This document shows positions 1 through 16,490 of a stretch of DNA of 64,000 nucleotides, one piece after another. The stretch is from positions 986,938-1,050,937 of the forward strand of contig NW_014577065.1 of NCBI RefSeq assembly GCF_000485595.1, read 5' to 3'. Each line of letters starts with the position of its first letter. The stretch's first letter is position 1. Origin of the DNA: Priapulus caudatus (taxonomy: Eukaryota). A program made the position numbers and the translations under genes. The notes beneath the pieces were generated by a model that was given only the letters and a program-made list of their open reading frames with translations, was not told the DNA's origin and did not search any database.

Positions 1-514
1 AGAAGAGAGAGAGAGAGAAAAAAAAAGAAAAAAAGAAGAGAGAGAGAGAGATGGAGAGAAATAGATAGATAGTGAGAGAGAGCGCAAGCTAGAGAAACGA
101 GACGCGAGAGAGAGCGCGGCATAGAACACGATAGATGAAATAGCAAGATACATAGTGAGGAATGAGGAAGGTTGAGTGTGAAGGGGTGAGGAAAAGATGT
201 GGTCTGAAGGGAGGAAGGGATAGAGGGAGGCAGAAACGGCGACATGTAGTGGAAAGAGAGACGAATATTTAAAAAAACCGGGCAGCGCAAGAAAGAAATA
301 CAAAGACAGACAGCTAGCTCCGTTGCATGCGACGAGCCGACGCACGAACGCGATTCACACGAACGCGTTCGAGACGCGGCGCATTCACAGTTGAAATCGC
401 GCGGAATGAGTCCGATGCCGAGAACGATCCGGATAATTACCTATAGCGTCTTTTCTCGACGCTCTCGCGCGCTCCGAGCCACCTGACAATCACTCAATCA
501 TGACGCCGTGCGCA

Positions 515-588
<74 letters not shown>

Positions 589-620
589 GCCATGACGACG
601 ACGGCCATGACGACGACGAA

Positions 621-661
<41 letters not shown>

Positions 662-1037
662 CGACGGCCATGACAATGACGGCGACGACGACGGCGACGG
701 CCATGACAACGACGGCGACGACGACGACGACTAGCGGAAGCCGCGCAGCACATCAGCACCGCCACCTGATAGATAGCGACTGCGCGAGAATCTGCGACAT
801 GAGTCGTGGTGGATGAACACGGGAGACGGTGTGCGTGCGCCGTGCTTGCCGCGCGCGAGCATCGTGTTCTCGGCTGGAAATGCGCGTTTATATGTGTTTG
901 CACAAAGCCTGACAGCTATTTCTGACGTGTGAACAGTTTCAGGTCCTGCCGAGAGAGAAGGCGGGAGAAAGACGGGGAGGGAAAGATAGAGATAAAGAGC
1001 GAGCGAGAGAGAGAGAGAGATCGAGAGAGAAAGAGAA

Positions 1038-1068
<31 letters not shown>

Positions 1069-3175
1069 AGAGAGATAGAAAAAAATCCATTAGGGCTCTC
1101 TTGAAAATAAATGTGCCAGAGGCTTATTTAGCATGGGAGAGGTTGAATGTAAAATCAGTTTTAACAGCACTGGCATCTCATTCTACTAGAATTATTAGTG
1201 ACACACGGGGATATAGAGTTGAAATTTGCGAACATCGCGTCTCATGTTCTTGATAACTGCGTTGCATAAATCTGATAAAATGTGATTGAATAGTTTTTAT
1301 TACACCTATATTTTGAAAAATTGGCTCAATAATTTTTAAAGAGGTTAGGGAGAAGTCAAACCAACGCTGGTGAACAACGTTTTATACAGATAGCTTAAAA
1401 TACCGTCTGTGAAACGATCCGGTGGGTTGTAATAATGATAATTTAGGGTTCAAATTTCACATTTCGAAGTTGTAACGTTTCGCATGCAAACTTCGGAGCT
1501 TACGTTGACGGTATTTTTCTGATGTAGAACGGAATTTCGTGTAGACCTGTTGCAAACTACGTGTGGAAATGCGTTGGCCAAGGTGCCCAGTCTAATGATT
1601 CATGACCATCAAGTACATATGATACGATCACATTGACCGCGTGCACAAATCCTAGATCACATGCTAAGAAAAAAATGCCCAATTTTCTTACATCTGCTTA
1701 GCTAATCGAGGAGGCGGTGGTTGCCTGGGAGATTGCGCAGCCTCCGGGCGCTAGCGCTCGCCGGCTGGCTTCAGGATTCCTGACAAAGAGAACGCAGCAT
1801 CTCGTCATGAGAAGCAGCGGCCGACGACGGCGAATGAGTAAGTTGTCAGAACATACGCGGCAATTTCGCTGCGATTGTCGCCGGATTCTAGTAGCGATCC
1901 TCGCAATTTGGCTGTCTTGTATGACAAGTCAGTATTAACCCTACGCTGCCTTGAGATTTGATAACTCTGCGTCGCTTCGCAGAGAAGTTGGCCGATAAAA
2001 ACGGATGAGGGGTGGTGGAGGGGGGGGGAGCCAGTCGCGTGACAAATTGACGCAACTCTGGCCCCGATGATGGCTGGAAGGAATTTAATCCCGTGATGGA
2101 AATCCGCGAGAAAACACTCAATCTTTGTCCGCTCGTCCCGTGTTTCAAACAGCACCACGCTACCGTGCGCAGGCGTAGAGTAATGCTTTAAGGTGTTGCA
2201 GTCATTTTACCTAAATAATAGTCGAATAATACTTCAATTGTAACGCGCAGATTTATTCTTAAATTATGTTTTCTGCAAATGAGTTGTTCGCTGTGTATCT
2301 CAAATTGTTAGGGAAATTATTACATAATTCTAGAAACTCATTATAGCATGTCAGATCATCTATTTTCAAACAGTCTCTAAACGGCCAAAGTGATACACGT
2401 CTGCCCCACATGTAAAATGCGAAACTGTCCACGCTTTGAGGGAGTTTAATACACAAAAATATGCGATATGCTACAAAAAAAACTGTAGGACACAAAAAAA
2501 CTCAAGTAGTATTATACGCGATATGGTGAACATAATATTTCTAGAACACGTACATGTGTGAATCTTAACATTGTACGTGTCGAGCTTATGTACATTTGCA
2601 CAGCATTCAATCTATTTATCCATCAAGTTATCAATCTATGCAAAATATGGGGCCATCGTGTAACCCGTTCCTACAATTAGCTCGCTATTACTGGTAAATC
2701 AGAGTAAGTTGTACGCGCTTGTGAGAATTTGGAATATAGTCGCCTGTGATTACTGCGACACATATTTCTGTATCTCTTTGCTGTGAATGTTCTGTATCGC
2801 ATTGATTTCAATAGGACGGCTCCAGCGCTTGTATTCAGCGGTTTACAGTCAATTTCAATCCTTTTACAATTCGCTTCTGCCAACCACCGATGTATATATA
2901 CGTAGGTGTCAGCATTTTTCCGTAATGCCTAAGCCCGAGCTTTCATGCTCCCCGGGGAAAACCCAACTGTAGATGATGAAAGACCTGCTGCAACCAGAAT
3001 GCTAACCCAAGCAACAAAGTGTTGAGCAATTATCACAAACAACTTTGCATATCCCATTAAAAGCAGCGCATTGGCCTGGAATTGGATTTGGCCATTAGCA
3101 TGGCAAATCTTGCGTATTGGATTAATTTTCTGCCAGGCCGGCTATATTAGCTCATTATCGGCAGCCTGGAAAGGG
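1..3175 (+). repeat. Copy 1 of a long direct duplication (may extend left of the window)
   Basis: Collinear with ~9640-13525. ATAGAACACGATAGATGAA occurs at 121 and 9768, and GCAGCCTGGAAAGGG at 3161 and 13511. Confidence 0.95.
514..731 (+). repeat. (GAC)n/(GGC) trinucleotide microsatellite
   Basis: Directly visible. It explains the poly-R/T/V/S ORFs. A noisy copy lies at ~10188-10410. Confidence 0.95.
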
Positions 3176-3265
3176 TTAGAGAACTCGTTGAGTGATAGCC
3201 ACAGCACCTGAGGCGGGCAACACGTGTGCGCAGTCACACAGTAGCGCCGTGTTCCGCGTCCTTGT

Positions 3266-3269
<4 letters not shown>

Positions 3270-3316
<47 letters not shown>

Positions 3317-3336
3317 CGTGCGTGCGTGCGTGCGTG

Positions 3337-3376
<40 letters not shown>

Positions 3377-3381
3377 TGTCG

Positions 3382-3460
<79 letters not shown>

Positions 3461-3890
3461 ATGTGTGTGTGTATGTGTGTGCACGCGCGCACGCGTGTGT
3501 CCGTACGAGCGTGTGTGTGCGCGCGCGGGTGTGTGCGTGTATGTGTCTACATATGACTGCACCACCTCACCACATCCCCACACACACCCACGGGCTCTTG
3601 CAACGTCGGCAAATTTACTTCTCATGTTACCCGCCTCGCTCTCTTATGTTAGAGATACAGGGCAGCGGAGAGACGACACGCGGATCAATGCTGATGCACT
3701 GAGGAGGAGGGAAGCGGAGAAGAGTAGGAGGGGGAGGGGAGGGGAGGGGGAGGAGGGGGAGGAGGGGAGGAGGGGAGGAGGAGGAGGAGGGGGGGAGGGG
3801 GAAGGGGAGGAGGGGACGGGGGAGGGGGAGGAAGGGGAGGGGGAGGAGGGGAGGGGAGGGGAGGGGAGGAGGGGAGGAGGGCGGGGAGAC
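3270..3890 (+). repeat. (GT)n/(GCGT)n tract followed by a GGA/GGGGA purine tract
   Basis: Directly visible (about 3270-3545 and 3700-3890). Confidence 0.9.
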
Positions 3891-4253
3891 AGAGGCGGAT
3901 TATCTTTCCCGCGCGCGCCGACAATAGAACGCAGCCGATCGCCGGCTGGGTTTCGCAAGCCTCGGCAGCTTTCTTTGTGCCGCATCACCGACGGCGCTGT
4001 GGTTGCGGCGTGTTATACTGGTTGTGTTATATGGTTGCATGAGGCGCCATTGCTGTCGTTACAACACGCGGAGAAGCTGGGTGCACGAGAGAGCACCGCC
4101 GAATGACCAAACACTGACCACGCACAGTCACTATAGGCCGGCCCAACAAGTGACCACAAACAGTGACCAGTGACTATAAACAGTCACTATAGGTCGGCCC
4201 AAACAATGACTATACACACTAAGGGCCGACCACATGCAGCAACTAGAAGCTAA

Positions 4254-4353
4254 AGCCCGGCGCAGCATACGCATTTTACTCAAGTCAAATGAGTATTTTG
4301 ACGCATGCATCATCATTATACTTGAGTAAAATTACTCACGTGTGCGCCGGGCT
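4254..4353. mobile_element. 100 bp MITE, PIF/Harbinger (Tourist)-like
   Basis: Terminal inverted repeat AGCCCGGCGCA...TGCGCCGGGCT, internal inverted repeat ATTTTACTCAAGT/ACTTGAGTAAAAT, and TAA on both flanks (4251-4253 and 4354-4356). Confidence 0.75.
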
Positions 4354-5242
4354 TAACTGCTGAGCGCCCCCCCCTCCACCGCTATTGTTTCGCGTGATCG
4401 TAAGAGATGGTGTTTCCGTGCTCGCCAGGAACATCCGTGAGTACTACCTTTCCCTAGCCCGCCTCACACACCGTGTCATCTCATACACATCACTTCACAT
4501 GTGACTAATAGAGAGACTGCGTCACGCCCGATCACATGTACTCTCTACGATCCTCTAACACACCAAAACGACACCGGGCGCGGATGAGGTGGGTAAAGGG
4601 TGGGGGTGGAGTAGAGAAATACACTCCGAAGAAAAACCAACCACTCAGACCATGATAGGACATGCAAGCACGCAGTTCTTTTAATCTCCCTATACGTTGT
4701 TATCTAGTTGTCTAGCCCGATGGACATTGACTGCCATGCGTTCCCCGAATTGTGTAAAGTGTTTTCTGGGTATTCGTCAGCACTTTTCTCGTTTAGATGT
4801 CCGCCGATGAGCGTCGAATCTGCCGGTCGGCGCTACACGAGCGATTGAGTGCGCGCGGCGTCGCGCCCGTCTAAGCGCGCCTACTCTATTTCTCGCGGCG
4901 TTCTAATCCCGAAGCTCTTTCGCGGCTGGCGAAAAAAAGTAGGCGCGAGGTTACAAGATGATTTACAATCCTCTTCCGGAGGCTTTTGTGAACTTTTTCG
5001 ACCGATTAGTAAAACCGCTGATGGACTCGGGCGTCTTGTTCGTCCTTGACCGCGCGTTTTACTCGCGTCGGCGTATAAAGGGTGACGAATAAACTGGGAT
5101 GTGATGGCTGCGTACGTTGCCGTGCTGTTTTGACGTATCTGTCTTATTTGCCTTGTTTGGTGGCGTCATCGCGGTACTGCGTTCTTGTTATGAGTTGACT
5201 GTGATTAATTAAAGCCATTATTTCGAAAATAATTTTCAACTT

Positions 5243-5643
5243 GTGTTTTCTCCACTTTTACGATATACTTACCGTTATCGCTTGAGTAACAGCAAGTGTG
5301 GATAGGAACGATGAAATGTCTTAGAGCCTTCGTATTTAGCTATATTCACCAACACATTCACGATTCGAATTTTGATTATTCGTTTTGATTTCCGCCGCCA
5401 TATCTTGCGAATCTCGGGCTATCTCGCGACATCGGCCAATTTAAAGTAATTATTGCAAGAGTTTTCCAGTGTTTTCCCCACTTTCATGATGCCTACCGTT
5501 ATTGCTTAAGTAACAGCAATTGTCTAGAGTAACGATAAAATGCCTTAGAACCTTCGTATTCACCAAATCATGCACAATTACAATTTTGCGTTCTGTTTAC
5601 CGTTGCCATCTCTCGGACTTTCTCGCGGTAGCCACGAGACATC
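5243..5643 (+). repeat. Old diverged tandem duplication, period ~226 bp
   Basis: GTGTTTTC.CCACTTT...TACCGTTAT.GCTT.AGTAACAGCAA...CTTAGA.CCTTCGTATT starts at both 5243 and 5469. Confidence 0.8.
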
Positions 5644-5883
5644 TTTCAGGGTGCAGTAATGCATACCGTCGCACCGTAGAAATCAGAGTGTAAACACAGA
5701 GGTTCATACTAGCGTAACAGCAGTGTAGTACTAATACCGCGAAAGTCTGTTATTAGAGAAGCTTGTGGATTACCAGTCAGATAGTAACACGATAATGACA
5801 ATGACAGAAAGTGCTCTGAATTATTGATATAAAAAGTCAATAATATTTACCACACAGAATTGCACGCCCTTTTGTTTTAATTA

Positions 5884-6310
5884 TGCACTTCGTTTGAAGG
5901 CGCCATTTGTATTCACCTTTGGATAGTTGGCATACGATAATATTAGGAGCTGGTATGATGTGGTCAAATCCATTTTTCTATGCTATAACTGCATAAAATC
6001 TTAGTGTTTTTAATGTTGGTCTAATCAGTGATGTTTCCGCTGTCAGGTGAGACTAAATTCAGCTATATTTAGTTTTTCAGACCCAAAAAACTCGCAATAA
6101 CCGTTTTATAAACAGAAACGGAGTAAACTACATAGATTCAGATGCCATTTTGTTTGTATTAGGTGCACTATGAGTGCACCTGTATTGAAGGCGCCATTTA
6201 CAAATTAATTATCGCTATAATCATATATGCCATGGTGTTACGGCGTATTCAATTCCAATTATCTATGCTATCTATGTTTTTGTGTTGGTGTAATCAGTAA
6301 CATATCTGCT
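5884..6310 (+). repeat. Old diverged duplication, offset ~270-290 bp
   Basis: TGCAC...TTGAAGGCGCCATTT at 5884 and 6175; TGTTGGT.TAATCAGT at 6014 and 6283. Confidence 0.55.
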
Positions 6311-6886
6311 ATATTTTGCCTGACTTTGCGTTTTTGAGCAATGATTTCGAAATCCTGGCTCTAAGTATCGGGAGTAAGTGCAGCGTACGCTAACAAGGCG
6401 ATCCTGTAATGACGATCGAGTGACAATTAGGTAATGATTGCTAATGTATAGATTTTATTATTTCGTTAGAATCTAACAACCACTTTAGCCTTGTATTATC
6501 TAGTTAGGACTTGACCATGAACTGGGTTTTAATTAGTAGCGAGAATATTCTTTATGGAAAATAATTAATTGGAAGAGAGACCCGGTGTATGAAATGGATT
6601 AGGTTTACCGTTATCGGCTACCGATGTCTGGAATACGTTAACGATCTTGGCATTCTAAGCCAAGAAAAAAAGTGCTTCCTCCTCGCTGTTGCAAAACAAT
6701 ACCGACCCGAGAATGCCAGATGTTTCCTAGGAGCGGATAAGTGAAGTTTATTAGTAGAGACTTTCGTCTAATTACGGACGAGCTTGTTAGCAGAATTATG
6801 TTAATTATGTAATTTGCACGCTCACTTTGCGACTCGATATTTGCTTTAAGCGGCTGTTTCAGGTTGCGGATCCCGTGTGTGTAAGT

Positions 6887-6949
<63 letters not shown>

Positions 6950-7177
6950 CATCGCGTTCCTTTATCATGTAGATCTCAGACATACGGTTAATGCATTAGA
7001 TACGTATCGGCAAGCACACTGAAATCAGATTTTGAGTTGAACAGTTTTAGTTCATTCTCTCCTATAGGCGAATGTTGCATCCATTCAAGAGGATTACCGA
7101 TAAATGCAATCGAGCGAGGGCATTTTGCGTCATATCTCGCGATTCGCGTTTTGAGTTCGAAGCCATAAAACCTTATT

Positions 7178-8528
7178 TGGGTTAGAGTTATGGTTAGGGT
7201 TGCGGCGAGGTTATGGTTAGGGTTAGTAGCAGTAGTGTTACAGTTAGCGTTGGCGGTAGAATAATGGTTGGGGTAAGCGATGGGGTTATGCTTAGGGTTA
7301 GCGATAGCATTATAGTTAGTGTTAGTGGTAGGCTTATGGTTAGGACCAGTGACAGGGTTATGGTTAGTGGTAATTTAACGCTGGAGTAATAATTGAGGTT
7401 AGCGATAGGATTATGCTTATGGTTAGCGATAGTATATATTATAGGTAGGGCTAGTGGTAGTGTTTGGGTTAGGATAAGTGGCAGGGTTATGGTCAGGGTT
7501 AGTGGTAGGGTTAGGGTCAGGGTTAGTGGCAGAGTTATGGTCAGGGTTAGGGTAGGGTTATTGTTAGGGTTAGTGGTAGGGTTATGGTCAGGGTTAGTGG
7601 TAGGGTTATGGTTAGGGTTATGGTCAGGGTTAGTGGTAGGTTATGGTTTAGAGAGTACAAAGTGGTAAGGGTTCTGGTCAGGGTTAGTGTAATGGTTATG
7701 GTTAGGTTAGTGCTAGGGTTATGGTCAGGTTGTGGTAGTGTTTATGTCAGGGTTAGTGGGCTAGGGTTAGTGCTAGGTATGTCCAGGGTTAGTGGTAGGG
7801 GTATGGTCAGGTTAATAGTAGGGTTAGGTCAGGGTTAAGTGGTAGGGTTATGGTCCAGGGGTTAGTTAGGGTTAGTGGTAGGGTTATTGTCAGGGTTAGT
7901 GTAGGGTTAGTGGTAGGGTTAGATGGTAGGGGTTACCGTGGTAGGGTTAGTGGTAGGGTTAAGTGGTAGGGTTATGTAGGGTTAGTGTAGGGTTAGTGTG
8001 TCAGTGTTAGTGTAGGGTTAGTGTAGGTGTTTAGTGTAGGGTAGTGTAGGGTATAGTGTAGGGTTATTGGTCAGGCGTTAATGTGGGTAAGGTTAGTGTA
8101 GGGTTAGTGTAGGGTTTAGTGGTAAGGGCTTATTGTCCGGGTTAGTGTAGGGTTAGTGTAGTTAGTGGTAGGGTTAGTGGTAAGGGTTAGTGGTAGGGTC
8201 TAGTGGTAGGGTTAGTGGTAGGGTTAGTGGTAGGGTTAGTGGTAGGGTTATGGTAGGGTTAGTGGTAAGGTATTAGTGGTTAGGGTAGTGGTAGGGTTAG
8301 TGGTAGGGTTTTTTTTTTTTATTGGTAGGGTTAGGGGGGGGTAGGCGTTATGGTCAGGGTTAGTGGTAGGTTTAGTGGTAGGTTAGTGCTAAGGTTAGTG
8401 GTAGGGCTTAGGTGGTAGGGTTAGTGGTCAAGGGTTTAGTGGGTAGGGTAGATGTAGGTGGTTAGTGGTCAGGGGTAAGTGTAGGGCTTTAGCTGGTAGG
8501 TTCTAGTGGTAGGGTTTAATGGTTAGGG
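7178..8528 (+). repeat. Interstitial telomere-like satellite with units GGGTTAGTGGTA and GGGTTATGGTCA
   Basis: Many GGGTTA hexamers alternate with GTGGTA or TGGTCA, and the strand is strongly G/T-rich. Confidence 0.92.
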
Positions 8529-9580
8529 CCAACCGTCACGTCACGCATTACGGTTAGGATTTCGCCTGTACGCGACTCATCATGTATGACCTCTCTCCTC
8601 TCCTATTCCTATTTACATTGGCTACGCCCAGGCCAGATGTCGTCCCCACCACAACCTGGCCGGGTGTCCTCCGCTAACTACACCGGCGGCTCCGACCGCG
8701 CTGCGACCACCAGGCGATCGAGACCGCTGTGTGTTTGTGCGGCGGAGTTGAAAGCGGCGCGGCGTCGAGGTCGTAACACGGCGGCGAGTCGGATGTTGGG
8801 CACGCCCCCGTGGTACCAACAACACCGACGGCCGTTGCCGCGCGAATGTATAATGTGTACGTTTACCGCTTGACGATTATGTTAGGCCCTGTGTATGCCG
8901 CCCTCGCATGTATGCGTGGGGTCGGCACGTGATGGGGAGGCAGTATTCAAGGGTGGCCGACATCAGTCGCAGTTTGTTCGTGTGCTGTTTTTCCGAAAAT
9001 GTCTACATCCACATTTTCGCTGCGTGAGCGGTCGTCCGCACTCTCTGCTTTGCTGCTGCTGCTGCCCACCGAAGCGACTGCATTATATCGCCAGGTTAAG
9101 ACATCAGACTGGCGCGACACGCCGCCGCCTTTCCGCGACTCCCTCGCCGCAGGGCGCCGCAAGCCCGCAGTGCTCGTTTCGCGCGCGAGCGCCCTCGCCG
9201 GCTCAATTCTAGCATTTTAATGAAGGGCAATGGATTAAAATTTCAGAAGTAGAGTCCGTACCTTCTATTCATGTGCACCGGCTGTTTCGTTGTGTGAATA
9301 GTAGACCTTTGTGCCGCGCGCCGCATTAAATCCATTTCGACCGCACCCTGTTCTCGTGGCCTCGGCCATTGATTTTCAAGCAAATGTGGTCTTTTCTTCG
9401 CTGTCTGTTGGTATAGCTTTTTGCCAGCCCTCATGTGCGCATTACAAGGACACGCGACCACGCCGCACATGTGACCGAGAGAGAAGCGAGAGAGAGAGAG
9501 AGGGGGGGGAAGAGAAAGAGAGATAGAGAGATAGAGAGATAGCGATGCAGGGAAAGTTAGGAAAGCACGGAGCGACGGAG

Positions 9581-9621
<41 letters not shown>

Positions 9622-9639
9622 AAGAAAGAAAGAAAGAAG

Positions 9640-13525
<3,886 letters not shown>

Positions 13526-13550
13526 NNNNNNNNNNNNNNNNNNNNNNNNN
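13526..13550. other. Assembly gap (25 N)
   Basis: Run of N. Confidence 0.99.
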
Positions 13551-13556
13551 TACACA

Positions 13557-13623
<67 letters not shown>

Positions 13624-14955
13624 GCGCATACACACACGCGCGCGCGCACACGCACACACGCATGCACACACACACGCACACACGCATGAACACACACACG
13701 CATACTCTGATGTGATTCGGTGAGGCGAACGTATATTATATATATATATATATATTTATATATATTTATATATTCGACACGCTGCTTCAATTCTTCATAA
13801 CCCCGCAAATATATAATGCTAAACGATGGTAACGCGGGCAACGTCAAGAATAGCGAGCGATCAGTACGCATTTCGGTGAGAAATCGATGTAATTATATTA
13901 AAGCGCAATCAGAAAAAAATAATTAATTCGTCTGGCTGCAGTTAGTTGTCGCGATCAAAACGTGCGCATGCCACTGGCTGGCTCCGCCCGCTGCGGTTTT
14001 ATGATGGCAATTCAACCGGAGTGAACAGTCTACCAAGTCCTGATTGCCCTAATGTAGATTATCACACAAGTGCGACCGCATATTTTATGCACGTATTCAT
14101 CGGACCCTAAGAGCGTTTACTTCAAAATGAAGCTTTCATGTCAATTTCATTTCAGCGCAGCAGGGTTCAATTGCAATTCGCTAATAACAGCATGCATTTT
14201 TAATGAGTGACCTTTTCAGAATGAGAATTGCAGGTACGCATCTGTTAAATGTTTGATGGCAATCTACTGAAAACACAAGCAGGTAAAAAAACCAGGCCGG
14301 CTAGAGACAGTAGCGGTTCGAGACGCACAATAGCCCGTGGACCAACCACAGCAGTTATACTATAACGGTAACGTGCTCGATTTCTTCTTATACCGATAAG
14401 CATGCATTTACGACCCAGGAATTTCGAAATAACTCGCGGAGGATCAGGATTTTCACAAATCTCGTGCGCCTGAAGTCGAAGGCGGCACAACATCGCACAC
14501 AAATCGCGAAGCACTCTTTCGTGGCCATTTTTTCTTCCGTAATATTTTTTTCCCATTGTTGCTCACAGCGTTCGACGAAGACTGCGCCCGCTACATGTTC
14601 AATCGGCGCACAATGCAGCTGTACAGAGGAGTCGGTGTAACCGCAATCTCGTCTCGTGTAGTAGTCAGCGGCAAACAACGCCTGCGAGCTTTTGTGCGGT
14701 CCGCATTTTTAAAACTCGCGGCTGGTCAATTTGAAGCGCGTAATCTTCTACGAGCCGGCAGATAGTAGCTGGGCGTAGATGGAGGAGATATTTCGTATGT
14801 GAGGGTGTCGTCGATAGATCTAGAGATTGAAATGCCGAGGTAATGCCGGCCTGAAATATGTAGGAGATAAAGCCATCATGCCCTGCTTCCAAAATCTTTA
14901 TAGTTTGAGCATGAAATATTAAGCCACTTATAACGGCAACTTATATATATATATA

Positions 14956-15853
14956 NNNNNNNNNNNNNNNNNNNNNNNNNNNNNNNNNNNNNNNNNNNNN
15001 NNNNNNNNNNNNNNNNNNNNNNNNNNNNNNNNNNNNNNNNNNNNNNNNNNNNNNNNNNNNNNNNNNNNNNNNNNNNNNNNNNNNNNNNNNNNNNNNNNNN
15101 NNNNNNNNNNNNNNNNNNNNNNNNNNNNNNNNNNNNNNNNNNNNNNNNNNNNNNNNNNNNNNNNNNNNNNNNNNNNNNNNNNNNNNNNNNNNNNNNNNNN
15201 NNNNNNNNNNNNNNNNNNNNNNNNNNNNNNNNNNNNNNNNNNNNNNNNNNNNNNNNNNNNNNNNNNNNNNNNNNNNNNNNNNNNNNNNNNNNNNNNNNNN
15301 NNNNNNNNNNNNNNNNNNNNNNNNNNNNNNNNNNNNNNNNNNNNNNNNNNNNNNNNNNNNNNNNNNNNNNNNNNNNNNNNNNNNNNNNNNNNNNNNNNNN
15401 NNNNNNNNNNNNNNNNNNNNNNNNNNNNNNNNNNNNNNNNNNNNNNNNNNNNNNNNNNNNNNNNNNNNNNNNNNNNNNNNNNNNNNNNNNNNNNNNNNNN
15501 NNNNNNNNNNNNNNNNNNNNNNNNNNNNNNNNNNNNNNNNNNNNNNNNNNNNNNNNNNNNNNNNNNNNNNNNNNNNNNNNNNNNNNNNNNNNNNNNNNNN
15601 NNNNNNNNNNNNNNNNNNNNNNNNNNNNNNNNNNNNNNNNNNNNNNNNNNNNNNNNNNNNNNNNNNNNNNNNNNNNNNNNNNNNNNNNNNNNNNNNNNNN
15701 NNNNNNNNNNNNNNNNNNNNNNNNNNNNNNNNNNNNNNNNNNNNNNNNNNNNNNNNNNNNNNNNNNNNNNNNNNNNNNNNNNNNNNNNNNNNNNNNNNNN
15801 NNNNNNNNNNNNNNNNNNNNNNNNNNNNNNNNNNNNNNNNNNNNNNNNNNNNN
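14956..15853. other. Assembly gap flanked by (TA)n and (CA)n
   Basis: Run of N. Confidence 0.99.
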
Positions 15854-15911
<58 letters not shown>

Positions 15912-16274
15912 GAGCAAGTGGGAAAGCGAGTAATGCTGCCCCCAGGCACGCATGCCTGACTAGCGAAATTAGCGACGACCACAGAAAGAGTTAATGTCTC
16001 CTAATTGATCCCTGCCACATGACTCATTAATGATTGTCTTAATCAGTGAATTAAAGCGCTTGTTATGCGGCAGGAGGGCGGTGTGTGTATGTGTGTGCGC
16101 GTGTGTGCGTTCGTGTTCGTGCGCGTGTTCGTGCGCGTGTGTTTGTGTGTGTGTGTGTGTGCGCGCGCGCGTGTGTGTGTGTGCGCGCACGCGCGTGCGT
16201 GTGTATGTGCGCGTGTGTCCGTGTGTGCGCGTGTGCGAGTGTTGGTGCCTGTGTGTGTGTTTGAGCGCCTGCCT

Positions 16275-16490
16275 GTGTGTGCATGTGTGTTCGTGCATAG
16301 ATGGGTTGTGTGTTTGTGCACATGCGTGCGTGTACACAGGCGTGTGCACGTCGGCACGTGTGTGAGTGCGCGTGCGTGTGTGCATGTGTGTTCGTGCATA
16401 GATGGGTTGTGTGTTTGTGCACATGCGTGCGTGTACACAGGCGTGTGCACGTCGGCACGTGTGTGAGTGCGCGTACGTGTGTGCATGTGT
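16275..16490 (+). repeat. Near-perfect 101 bp tandem duplication inside a GT-rich tract
   Basis: GCATGTGTGTTCGTGCATAGATGGGTTG starts at 16281 and 16382. Confidence 0.9.

Noticed and set aside
7178..8528. True telomere or chromosome fusion site
   Set aside because: It is not pure (TTAGGG)n, has unique DNA on both sides, and shows no head-to-head switch to CCCTAA.
14245..14892. Overlapping 69-103 aa ORFs as a possible transposase remnant
   Set aside because: No DDE, zinc-finger or RT motif is recognisable, and the ORFs on both strands are of chance length.
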